Part shown: positions 37,705 through 50,000 of the stretch, piece after piece | How positions within the stretch are numbered: position 1 is the stretch's first letter | How the letters are laid out: each line of letters begins with the position of its first letter | The notes under the pieces: model-generated | Database searches by the model: none | Told to the model about the DNA's origin: nothing | What the model saw: only the letters and a program-made list of their open reading frames with translations | Assembly (NCBI GenBank): GCA_905178155.1 | Contig: CAJINV010000007.1 | Span: 1,310,627 to 1,374,626, forward strand | Direction: 5' to 3' | DNA from: Amoebophrya sp. A120 | Taxonomy: Eukaryota; Protista; Dinoflagellata | DNA length: 64,000 nt | Made by a program: the position numbers and the translations under genes

Positions 37705-39210
37705 TTTTTTCTACCGCGATCGCCTTTCGAAGATTTTGTGTACAACTACAATAACAATAACCAATATAAAAGGAGCACTGCTCCGAAGCAGAACTTTTGG
37801 TCGTAGCAAGGTTGACTTGAAACCTACCGGAGCTTTATTGCGCGCCGCTTCGTGTTTTATTTTTTCTGGCCTAAGCCATTCATAAGTAAAAGTAACCTAG
37901 CCAGGTCTTGTTTTTCTTTTTTGTCGAAGAAGCTCCGACAACGTGGGGCGAAAGAAAGACCATTCCCGAACGGTTTTCAACGGTCGGTGCAGTGGAGTCG
38001 TAATTACCATAGAGCAGCATAGTGACATTTTGAGTAAGTACAGGAAACGTCATATTTGTCATATGGTAGCAGAACGGGCTGCAACATCCTGAGCCAGTTT
38101 AAGTCGTCGAACATGATGTATGTTTACGGCAACAGAAATCCGAACAGTATGCGCAAGTATACGTATTTGACGAGCATGATGTTTAAGATACGACAACAGA
38201 AATGAACAGATTTTGAGCAAGTGCAGCAAGTAGTTTGCTAGCGCGATGCTGCAATAGAACTAAATCAGGTATTTTTTGACGGATCTACCACACCCCTTTT
38301 TTACGCTGTTAGTGTTTTTTTTTGCAACGATAGCACGCTGAATTTTTCTGGACTCCCTGCGGGCCATCGTTTTCGCCTTTTCAAGACGTCAGCGGGGAGA
38401 AACTGCAGCAAAGGAGCAGCACCACGAGTGAAAGGCATAAAAAGCTCGCACTTTTCTTCGTTTATTTTTGTCTTGTCCTCTTAACCTTTTCACGACCTGA
38501 GATTTGTCTTAAGGTCAAAACTGTCATGCTCTTTGTGAGCTCGACCACCCGCGGCCCGTCACAGGACTATAAATCTAGAGCGTAGGCGCACAGTTGCGTC
38601 AAGATCTTTCTAGAGCAAAGCTACTAGTCCGAAGAGAGCCAGTAAGCTGAGAGTTTTAGCAACAGGCCGAGGAATTTAAGCCCCTAGTTTTGTTTGTGTT
38701 AGATTATTATCCTCGTAAGTCTTTCCACACTAGCTTTTATTTTTGTAAGAGCTCTCACACTGAGAAAAAAATCAGAAGATTTTGAGACGCCTCTTGGACT
38801 TTCTCCAAGAAACATCGGAAATCGGAAAGCGGTCCAGCAGCTCACCAATGTACAACCCATGTAGTTCATCAGCCGGCAACCGGCAATGATTTGTTTGGAT
38901 GGTCAATGTTGACCGCAAGAAAATATCGCAAACTGCAACACGAACAGGAGTGCAGCGCTGTGGAGATATTTTAGGAAGGAAGAGAAAATAAAATCCTTGC
39001 GGAAACAAATAAACCGAAGGGCCTTTTCTGCTTTCTGCCGCAGAATGGAAGGGAGCGGGGCCTGATGCACGGTGTTCGTCCGAACAAGTGCTTTCGTCCG
39101 CCTTCCACGTGTTTTCTTCTTCTGAAGACGGACCATCAGTCATCGCCTCTTCAGAGTACCGGGCCAGAAATTACTTTGCTTCAGTGACTGTGCGTCATCC
39201 AGTCGTTTTT

Positions 39211-39680
39211 TTGCCGAAGCAAATCCGATCGGATCTTCGACGATATCGGTGCGCTTAATCCGCCTGAGAAGGTGAAACGTGAAGTGAGGATCTTAGCTCT
39301 ATTCATCCGGCGGTGTGCAGTTCTTCGGTTTAGTCCATGATTATTAGCCTCAAAGGAGTTGCGGTTGCGCTTTCCAGTATAGACCAAAGAAGAAATCGGT
39401 GAAGAAGTTCTTCGCGCGACGACATCACGCAAGGATCCTCGGAAATGAATTCGATCGCCGATAGATCTTTGCGAGTATATTCAAAGGGTTTATCACCTGT
39501 CGGCCAAGCGAGGACGAGAGGCAATCGGTATACAACAAGCAGAATTCATATTCATCTCCATCAGGAACGAATGAAAACATTGATGATTAATCCTATCCTC
39601 ATCCTAGTTCTGGCTTTCAGGTTTTGATGTTTGTCGAGAACCCTTCCTACTAGGCTCGCATTGTACTTGTAAGTAGGCCT
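39211..39680 (+). repeat. Diverged ~450-bp non-coding direct repeat, copy 2
   Basis: Paralogous to 34760-35200. Confidence 0.85.
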
Positions 39681-40837
39681 GCTGTTTGATTTGCTTGCTA
39701 GTCGTCCTTTGGTACAAGTACAACAAGCATTCGTGTGGTACAGAAAGAAATTTTCCTCGGTCAAGCGAACGCAGTCAGAAATTTACGATCGGTTACTTGC
39801 ATTGACAGCTGCTCTCAACCTACGTTTCGTTGCAAGAATCGTAAAAATTCTGGAACAAGTACTCGGTCGACGATTGCCTTACTGCTCGGTTTTGTCACAG
39901 AGAGAGACTCGTAGAAGTAGTACTTACCCCTTGCTTTGCTCAACAAACCATGCACCGCCATCCATTATGTTTCTATGCGTACAACCAGTACCAGATCGCT
40001 TTCGCTTCTGAACAATTGGTTGCTTGTCTCCCACGAAACAGGTCGGGCGTGGCCTCCAGGCGATGCATTTTTTCCCACCAATTCAAAAACCCCATGCCCG
40101 TTTTTTTTCTCATTTATATAGCATAATTTTTTTACTTTTTTCCAAAAGTTAAAGTCTCACTATGCCGGTCCTTTACCTTATTGCATTCCATAATTTGCGA
40201 TACCAATTTTTACTGGTTGGGCGTTTCTTATTCTTCCTACCATAAAAATTCCTGCACACAGGAGTGTCATAACAATTTTCCAGTAATACGAATTTATTAT
40301 TGCGTCTGCGATGCAAGACAATGTGAGTGTGACATCACATAGGTAGAATTGTTAACCAAGCTATTGCATGAGTCTATAATGCATCGTACAATTTATGTGT
40401 GAAGGTTTGTGAATTTATTTCCGTAGATAGTACAGGCAAGCGGCCTTTCATATTACGGTTGTCTCGCCCGAGGTATTTACTCGATTTTTACAGCTGCACA
40501 GCGAGATTCGATATTTTATTAGTACTGCTTTTTAACCTTCGAGATCGAGATATTTCCAGAAGGATCGAAAAGCTGCAAGTGGACCACCTGGACGAGCTCT
40601 ACTTGCACCACTTGATGTAATAACTTTCGTTTGTATAGTCCGTTTCCACCAGCGCCAGCAATTTCTATTTTTTTTTTACTCTGCTTACCCGGTGGAGGAA
40701 TTGGAGGAGCTTGCTTTTCAAACCAGCACCGGAGTTGTAAAGCCGCAGGGAAAGAACAATAAGAACCACATCAAACAACTTCAACAGCAGCCGATGAACC
40801 CAGTGCCCCTCGTCCTCCTTCTCACGTAGTAGAACAA

Positions 40838-43800
40838 ATGGGTGGTTGTGTTGCGAAATCTGCCGGCAAGGCAACTTCCCCCACGGGGATCTTCCGCTCT
40901 TTCTCCAAAGAGAAGCAGGACGATTTGGATGCGCGGACCATTCCGGGCGTCGGCTACCACTTTTCCCTGACCAGTCTTTCCAGCGAGAACATCGGCCGGC
41001 TCGAGGATTACCCCTCCGACCCGGCGCTGCTCGCGCCGGATGACGGCTGGCAGGTGAGAAGGAACGTGTTCCTCGACCCCTTTCCGACCTACGTCTTCGC
41101 CCGGACTCCGGCTTACGAAACGTTGCAGGAGGCGCTGCAGATGTGTATTGTTCTGAAGGGCGGGGGCGTGACAAAAACCGTGGCGGATAGCACGAATGGC
41201 GGGACCCGACTCTTCGAGGTCCGCGCCGGGTCGAAGATGCGACCCAGTCCCCTGGGGGAAATCTCCTGGGTACCCTACCCAACGAAATTGTGCCGGGACG
41301 AGGACGATAGCTATCTGTTGAAACTCGTGGAAGTGCAGTCCGAGATTTCCCACGACCTGTCGCTTTCCCGGGACACGAGCAAGGGTATGGACGGTTTGTT
41401 CGACAATTCTGCTCCGGTGGAGCTCTCCGAGCGCGGCAGGTCCAATATCACACAGAAAAAAACTGGCAGGTCACATTTGTAATGCAAAAAAAAAAAACTG
41501 TATTGCATATCCGAAACAGCATGCTATGGAGCCACATATGACAGATTTTTTTGTGTATTTATTTTTGCATTACAAATATGCCCTGCCAGCTTTTTTCTGT
41601 GTGATATCCAACTCCGCGCGGGCGACCTCGGGGCAGACCCCGTACGTGACGATCATCAAGCCCATGGACGAAGCCACCGGGATCCCGATGCTGCCGGATA
41701 TCCTGAGTAAAAACGTACCCACACCAGAGTTGTAATGCAGATTCGCAAAGACAGGAAGACTTGTAATGCGCATCCCCATGAGAGCCATTTCCAATCGTGT
41801 TTTGGAATTCGTGATGCTGTGAACAGGATGAGCAGCTGGATTTGTGATGCGGCTGCACTTGCTAACCTGCACTACACTGCAGAGCTCAACTTGTCATGCG
41901 TGACTCACAAAACTCCTAGGTTTGTGTTGCAAAATCCTCATCCTAACTCTGGCGTGGGTACGTTTTTACTCAGGATACCGGGCGCGCGGTCCCTACCGGC
42001 GGCGGTGAACGGACCGGTGCTGAACAATATTGCGCCGGGGTCGGATATGGATCTGTCAGGATTGAAATCGTCAAAGTTGAAATGATTTGCCATGCATAAA
42101 ATGCAAGGCATGAAGTGCCTGTCTTGCTGGGATGGCAAGTGAGGCAGATAATTGTGAGCCTATTTAGGGTCGTTTGGGATAGAGCTGCTAAAGGAGCATG
42201 ACAAAAGCAATCTTCTGTGCCCAAACAGCATGATAAATTGGATTCCGGTGGTGCTCCGAAAATTTGTCATGCGCCGCTTTGAAATTGCTCTTCCAACTGG
42301 TATCCATTTTATGCATGGCAAATCATTTCAACTTTGTCGATTTCAAGCCTGACGCTTCCATATCGGACGCCGCGGCGTTGGAGGAATCCTTGGCGCGGGA
42401 GAAGAAGCGGGTGCTGGAAAGCTGGGCGAAAATCGAGCTGGACTTTGCGGCGAGGGCGTGCCCGGTGAAATTGAAAATCCAGAGCCACGACAAGTTCATC
42501 GCGGGGGTCTACGGGCTGGTGCCGGAAAAGCGCCACAATAACAACCCCATTTGGCGAAAGGAAAACACGAATCCCAGTCACAAGAACAGGGAGAGGGGGA
42601 AACGTATAAAAGAATTTGATAGGATAAAATAAAATTTGCAGCCTCTCGCTGTCGTGTGTGACCTTCGCTTTATTTCTTCATTGGTATAATTCGTAAACGA
42701 AGCTTTTATTTTCATTTTCACCGTGCGATTTGATGATGCAGCAGAGCACACGCATTGGTTTTGGTGTGCAAAAGCAAATCTTTTCCGCATGACGCAAACA
42801 ATTCTTTGGCGAGGATGAATCCCTTCTGTATCAAACGCAACGAATTATCCCTTCTCGAACAACAAACAGAAAACGTCTTTCTCTCGCACACCGGCGAGCG
42901 GTGGGTTTTGTCCCGCGTCGCGTGCCCGGAGGCTGGGCCGCTGAACCCCGCTTCTGGCCCGATCATCACGCAGGGGCCGATCACGAACGTGGACAACATG
43001 TCGCCCCTGGTTGACCCAGTTTGGGAGGACCGGTTCGGGATCCGCATCGCGGATAAGAAAGCGCTAGAAGAGTTCCAACCCGGGCACACCAGCAACGGGT
43101 CAGTGACTCCACCGGGAGGAGGAACAACTGCTGCTTCTAACACCGGGACGACCACAACTTCTGCCAACATGCCCGGCGTAATACTATCAACCTCCGCGAA
43201 CAACGCTGGCGCATCGACAACTACAGTAGATCCAAACTACCGTTCGGAGTCGAAGGAGATCGAAATCGCGGGATTGTATGTCGACCTGACCTTCCCTCCG
43301 TCGGACAAAGCGCTGACCGGCACAACTACCCTGGACCACCTGAAGCCTCACCGGTGGAAAGAATTCGAGCCGGTCTGGATGCGCGCGGGGCATCTGTTCA
43401 AGGGACAGTCCGTCCGGTTGTATGAGCAGATCACGCCGCTGGATTTCCAGAGTTACAGCAGTGTACTGGATAGCCAGTGGATCATGGCGGCGTTGAGCAG
43501 CTTGGCGGAGTACCCGAACTACCTGGAAGACAGGATTTTTGTCGACAAGGGGGACACGAACAACCTCCGGGGGGAGTACAAGGTGAACTTGTTCGACATC
43601 GGCATGCAGGAGTGGGTCACGGTCACCGTCGACGACCACTTACCCTGCGACGGCCGGAAATTGTCGTCCACTTTCAACCAGCCACTGTTCGCGCAACCGG
43701 TGCGCACGCAGATCTTCCCGTGCATCGCGGAAAAGGCGTTCGCGAAACTCTACGGCAGCTACTCGGCGTTGGAGCCCGGGCAGTGCGGGTTCGCGTGGCT

Positions 43801-45496
43801 CGCGTTGACGGGCACGACCAGGGTGGAGAGGTGGAGCATCAGCAACCCGTTTTTTCAGCAAAAGGAACAACATTTAGGAGAAGAAGGTACAACTTCTAAT
43901 CCCGCTGGCGCAAACGGGACGAACAATAATGGTGCAACTACGACGACGTCTGCGTCCTCGAGTGGGGCGAACAATAAGAACGGTTCTATCGAGAGAGAAA
44001 ACAGTTCAACATCAGGGATGAACAAAAGCAAAAAGGAATCCAAGAAGGACAAGAAGAACAGAAAAGGATCAGGAACAATAAACACCGGTAGCGACGAAGA
44101 GATTCAGCCCGGCCCGCAGCTTCCGGTTCCGAAAAAGTCGCACTTTTTCTCGCTGGAAAACAACAGCGACCAGCTGGACTACAGCAAGATTTTCGGCGAG
44201 CTCGCCGTGCCCTGCTTTGAAGGCAACCGGCAGGTGTACGCGAAGACGGGTCGGAAGGAGGGGATGGAAGACCTGTGGACCTATTTGGTGGATTGCGACC
44301 GGAAAAACTACATTTTGACGGGGGGGATTTCCCCGCACCGACGGGCGCCGAGCGAAACGTGCGGGCTACTCCCCGGGCAGACGTACACGATTTTGAAGCT
44401 CTTCACCCTAGAGGTGTCCTCCAGCAGACCAACGTCCGCGCAGCAGGCGAAGGAGATCCAGACCAACAGTAGTCCTGCTGGTGGTTGTTCTACTTCTAAC
44501 GGCGCGCAGAACATCAACCAAAAGCAGACCGTCCGGCTGGTGCAGCTGCGAAACCGCTTCCTGGAGTTCGCCTGGCGCGGCCGGTGGCACCCGGCCTGCC
44601 CGCTGTGGTGCAACCTTCCCATGGAAACCAGGCAGCAGCTGGAGCCGTGGACCTTCAATTTCAACGCGGGAAACGACAACAACCGCCCGTCGTCCAGCAA
44701 CGGCGCTTTCTACGTGCAATGGGAGGACTTCGTGTATGGGGCTCTCAAACGTTACATTCTCAGCTGTTACATGAATTTGTCATGCAAAAGCACCATTATC
44801 ATTCTCACGATCAAGCTGCTCCGCATGACAAATTTGCGGAGGGCTAAATAGCACTATACTCCGTCCCAAATCTGTAATGCAAAAGGCGCAATCTTCCTCC
44901 TTTCACTTTTGCCCTTCTTGCATTGCAAATTCATGTAACAGTTGAGAATGTAACGTTTGAGAACGCCATATCGTGTGCGTGTTCCAGTCCGTTGGGGTGT
45001 GCAAGAAGCGGGACCTCGGGCCGAAGCGCGGGGCGGCGATTGAGCACTACCGAAACACGGTGACCTATCCTGAGTAAAAACGTACCCACCCCAGAGTTGT
45101 CATGCAGATTTGCCATGACAGGAACATTTGTGATGCGCAACCCCATGACAGGCATTTTCAATTGTGTTTGGGAACTTGTAATGCTGTAAACAGGATCAGA
45201 AGGTCGATTTGTGATGCGGCTTTCCTTGCTAACTTGCACTACCTTACGGACTGAAACTTGTCATGCGTGACTCACAAAGCTCCTAGGTTTGTGTTGCAAA
45301 ATCCCCATCCTGACTCTGGTGTGGGTACGTTTTTACTCAGGATATGACCGGGTCGAAATTCAAGAGAGCGACGACGGGGGATTTGAGCGCGTCCACAAGC
45401 ATCTCCGCTGGGCCGTCGGGCGCAAGCATCATCTCGCCGGGGCAGCTGTCGCAGAGCCAGGAGGGAAGTCAAGACAACGGGGTGGACACGGTGTGA
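40838..45496 (+). CDS. Calpain-like (peptidase C2 domain) protein, probably inactive, N-acylated, ~1037 aa
   Basis: Exons 40838-41445, 41612-41698, 41983-42045, 42368-42575, 42824-44734, 44976-45065, 45350-45496. Motifs YVDLTFPP, WVTVTVDDHLP, EKAFAKLYGSYSAL, LRN, WRGRW, FYVQWEDF. N-terminus MGGCVAK. Confidence 0.88.
41446..41606. mobile_element. Introner, family F
   Basis: TIR TATCACACAGAAAAAARCTGGCAGG; TSD tccaa. Confidence 0.93.
41699..41977. mobile_element. Introner, family A, inverted
   Basis: Near-identical reverse complement of 13544-13822; TSD ccgga/ccggg. Confidence 0.95.
42046..42362. mobile_element. Introner, family G
   Basis: ~55-bp TIR TATGGA..GTCAGG.TTGAAATCG.CAAAGTTGAAATGATTTGCCATGCATAAAAT; TSD tcgga. 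Confidence 0.93.
44735..44970. mobile_element. Introner, family H
   Basis: TIR TATGG..TCTCAAACGTTACATTCTCA.CTGTTACATGAATTTG; TSD tcgtg; join WEDFV|CVFQSVGVC. Confidence 0.93.
45066..45344. mobile_element. Introner, family A, inverted
   Basis: Family A TIR; TSD tgacc. Confidence 0.95.
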
Positions 45497-47002
45497 TGCT
45501 GTTCCTGGTTGAAATAAAATTCTGAATTCTGCGGTTTTATTTTTTTCACAGGTTCCGCGCGCCTCTCGGTCTGTTGGTTCTTCGATTTCATCAAGGAAAA
45601 GACTGAAGCAAATTATGTTTGTAAATTGGGATTAATCATTCAAAAGTGATACTGTTGTTCACCTCCGGCGACAACGTCATGGTCCTTTTATTCCGAAAAA
45701 AGTTTGACGTCTTTTCCTTTCGCTCTTTGCCATTTTGATGCCCTCGTTCTGCTTTTGACTTTTTCCTGTAGTTTTGATGCGAAGTTGTAGCAGCTTTATG
45801 AAGTGATAATGTAGTCACATCTGAATCTAAAGATTCAGCACTACTAAATAATTTTCCGCCTCCTGTGCTTGGCTCAAAAATTTGCTGCCATATGTATCGG
45901 TACACCTCGCACTGTTAAAATTTTCCGCGAAAATGCAGAAGGAATGTACCGACTAGACCAGCCTTGCATATCGATGGTATAACAGATAGTTATCATTTTC
46001 CTCTAACCCCTCGACTTTCAATAAGCATTTAGCAGATCTATTGCTCCACTTTTGTTGCACGGCAAAATCTAATTCAGGAGTTTCTGATTCATTTTTTCCT
46101 TGTAGCAAAAATCGTAGCAAATAGAACCCTGTTTTTTTGATTAAACTCTACTGCTTCTTGAAGACGAATTCCTAGCATTGTTAATACAACACTCGGAGGC
46201 CGCATATGAAACTGGTTGGAAAAATAAAACGTCGCGTTGCTCTGTCTTGTGTCTCTCGGACACAAAATAGGCTAGCAGAGACAAACATAGGTCATGTTTT
46301 AGGAATGTTTGGGGTCGTTTGCCAGGGATGCAGTAGATATGTGTGAATTTGAAACGCCCACTCCATTGTGAATTTCAACAACTTACTATAAAACAACCCT
46401 CTTGGAATATAAAAAAAAACATTAGCCCACAGTGGGTTAATTATCCTGGAGCTACAACGAGGGAGGAACCTTTTTGTGTAGCCGAAGGTTCCATCGTCGT
46501 GTGATGGAACTGACTAGGGTTCTTCCGGTGCGTCATGCTGAGGTCAGTTATCCAAAGTCGTGGCGAAGTGGCCGCGGTGAGTCGAGGTAATTTAATTATA
46601 TCACGGTCCAGTACGATATCAAGTTGACGGCAGAGAGAGCATAAACTCAGCAGATTGGCGGCTTCTGTTTCTGCAAAATGGTCGTGTCTACTAGTAGTCT
46701 CTGCTGTTTTAATAGTGTAATTGCGCTCATCTTCTCTATGTCCTCCTCGTCTTCTTCGTGCTGTTTGTTTTGTTTTGAGCTAGAAAAAAACGACTTCTCG
46801 CTTTTGCTGCAGTCTAACAAGAAACCGAAATAAGTACTTACAGAAGGGACGAGTCAACACGGGACGAAAGGAAAACTTGCACCGTGGCGGGGCTCCTCCC
46901 TCCCAACGAAAGGGCCGCGTTTTGGTGTACCAAGGTGCGTTTGTCTTTCTAGTTCCTTGAAATAGCCCGTTATTTTCATCTTTTTGGTCGTGTCGACAAA
47001 AA

Positions 47003-50000
47003 ATGGAGCTGCTCCGCGCTCAACTCGCTGTGAAGGACAACATTATCCGGGAACTCGCCGACGAGCTCGCTCTCTACAAGGAAAATGCTGCAGGAAGATC
47101 CCCTGGTGAACAAGCACTGGCATCATCTTCCCTGCCGCTCCACCAGAACTACACGGCGAGCAAAGACTCCGGCTTGGGATCGAGTACGACGACTGTACCT
47201 CCTACACAGCACGGCGGCACCATCAATGAAGACCACGGGAGCAGCAAAACCGCGAATGCGACGACCAGCGAGGAAGAAAACCAGCACCAAGTGGGCCAAG
47301 GAAACAACCAACAAGCGCAGCTGACCGCGGACTTCAATAAAGTCAACTTGGAGCTGAAAAAGGAGAATTTTGGTATGCATTGAAATTTTGATGTTTGTGC
47401 CTGGAGTTGGAGAAATAAATGCAGGTTTCTCGTCATGCTTGATGTTGCAAATGAATTTTAAGAACTCTGTGAAGTAGATGCACGAGCAGGAGGAAAAGAG
47501 CTTGTTACCTGTCATGCAAAAATGCAGTTTGCCAGCAGCTCAAATACCATACCTGTCACGCTTGACTGCGTAATATTGCGGTTCTCCCCCCAATAGTTCA
47601 CAGATTCGCATCCCAACTCTCCAGGCCCAGACATATTTGCAATGCACAGTCGCACTGCAGGAGCAAATTCAGCAGTTGGAAGACACGTTGACGAAGAACT
47701 TCAACTTGAAATTGCAGGAAATCCGGGAACACGATGCGAGCAACTTTCTCGATACCGCCGAGAAGAAATATCCCAGAGAAAAAAGCTGGCAGGGCATATT
47801 TGTAATGCAAAAATAAATACACAAGAAAGACTTGCCATGGGTGGCCCAATACAATAGCATGCTGTTTCGGATATGCAATACAGATTTTTTTGTCTATTTA
47901 TTTTTGCATTACAAATATGCCCTGCCAGCTTTTTTCTGTGTGATAAGAAAGAAAAGGTATCCGAAGGAAAAAACTCGTATACAGTTACACACCCACTGCC
48001 ACTACTTCTATATTGGTGAATTCAGTAATATGATCACAAACTCGCCTTAGCCTTGCATGTTGACAGAGAGCAATGCAGAGATCATTACCATAACTATTAG
48101 GTAAAATATACATGAAGCGACGCGCGCAACAAGCATGTCGCGCATGACGGAGCTTGTCTGTGGTCCTGCATGTTTTACAACTACACAGTGTGTAATTCAT
48201 TGTAAAACATTTTTTTCTTCGTATAAAAGGAGATTGTCGAGCAGTACGAGCAACTTCATAAGGAGCAAGTTCTGCAGCATGAACGGCAGGCGGAGGAGAT
48301 GAAGCTGCAGTTCGAACAGCAGATGGAACAAATAAAGCAGGATTTAGAGCAGCAGTTGTCCCTCCAGTTTTCCCACGAGAAGCAAAAACACCAGCTGCAA
48401 GTGACGAAGGAGAAGGAGAAGGCAAAATTACTGGAGGAAAGGCAGAAGGTTCTACTAGAGGAAGTGGCGATATGGAAGTGTCAGAATCGAAATTGACAAA
48501 GTCGAAAAATTGATTGCGATGCACAAAATCGACGTCAGTCGGAGCCTCAGTTTCTAAGTGGCGCATGACAAATTTCGGGGGCACCCACATCCAGTCTGTC
48601 ATGCTGTTTGGGCAAAGAAGACCGCTCCTGTAGTCATGCTACTCTGGCAGCACATTGCATACCCCTAAACAGGCTAGCAATCGGTCTTATTTGCGGCCTG
48701 CCCCCCAATACAGGCCTTCAGTGCCCTGCATTTTATGCATCACAAATTGAAACTTTTCGATTTTGTCGATTTCGGTCCTGACACATACATAGGCGAAAAG
48801 GGACCAGATCGCGAGCGAATGGCAGCAGGACGGGCTGAAACTGGAACAGGATTTCCGCTTGAAGGAGCAGGAGTGGAAAGAGGGGTTCGAATATCAACTG
48901 CAAATATGTCTGGGTCTGGAAAATAAAAAATTGAAACCTGTACTATTGGGTGTCTTGCACTCCTGTAAAATCTGTATTGCGTGACCGACAAAAGCGCGAA
49001 TTCTTCGTCATGCAAAAGCGCAGCTATTTCTCATCTCATGCGCATTACAGAGAGAAGCATCCTGAAAATCAAAATTTGTCATGCTTGGCTGCTCAGTCTC
49101 AGGAGTATGCTATGCTCAATCGTCGCCACTTAGCATCACAAGTTTCCAGACCCAGACATCTTTGCAATGCATATCGGAAAGGAAAGGGAAATGCTGGCGC
49201 AAGCGGAGGAAAAATTGACGAAGTTTTCTATTGAGAGGAAAAATCCCCCCTCCTCATATCGAAAAGGTATGTTTGCAAAAATTTGTGTTGCGGATTTGAG
49301 GTCACAAATCACATCTGTCTTGCAAGAAGGCAAACCCAAAGAATCCGCCGCCTTAGGGAGGCGATTTGTAATTCTGTTTCACCTACATGGCAGGCCTCTC
49401 TTGTGCCAAGAGCCTACAACAAAACACCCCTACGCAGACTGAGGCTTTGCCTGTAGTGCCTCGCTGCACAAATCCAGCAACAGAAGTTTCCGTTTTAATA
49501 TGGGGAGGGGGGATTTTTCATTTTGATATTTTCCGAACAATTTGAGCAGGAACGGGCGGAATTTGACAACCAGGTGCGGATCCTGGAAACCGAGAAAACG
49601 CAGCTTTCCGAGAAACTGGCGGAGACCACGGAAAAAGCCAATCAATGGCAAATCGAGTACGAGTCGGAAAGGCTGTGCAGGGAAAAATTGCAGGACCAGT
49701 TCAGAGACCTGGTACTTACTACTTTGGTAGTTTTAGTTGTTTCCTATCCTTGGTGAGTACTTCTTTTCGGGTCGTGGAGAAACGTGTTGCTAATACCTTT
49801 TTCAATATGTACTTCCGCTTGTATCTTTAAAGAAGCTGGCACTCGGATTGTATTATGTATTTAGCTACTAGTGCAGCAACAGCAAGCAAGGACAGTATAT
49901 TGACAAAAAACAGGAAACCGACCTCTCACACCGCCAAGAGCACGCGGAGCGCGCACTGAAGGCCGAGGACGCGCTTCGCGAGAGGGACCGGGAGCTGGCG

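Noticed and set aside
13570-45472. Recurring short ORFs with peptides such as ILSKNVPTPE, NSGVGTFLLRI, KMSGSGR, KNPPSPY
   Set aside because: These are translations of the repeated TIRs, not a protein family.
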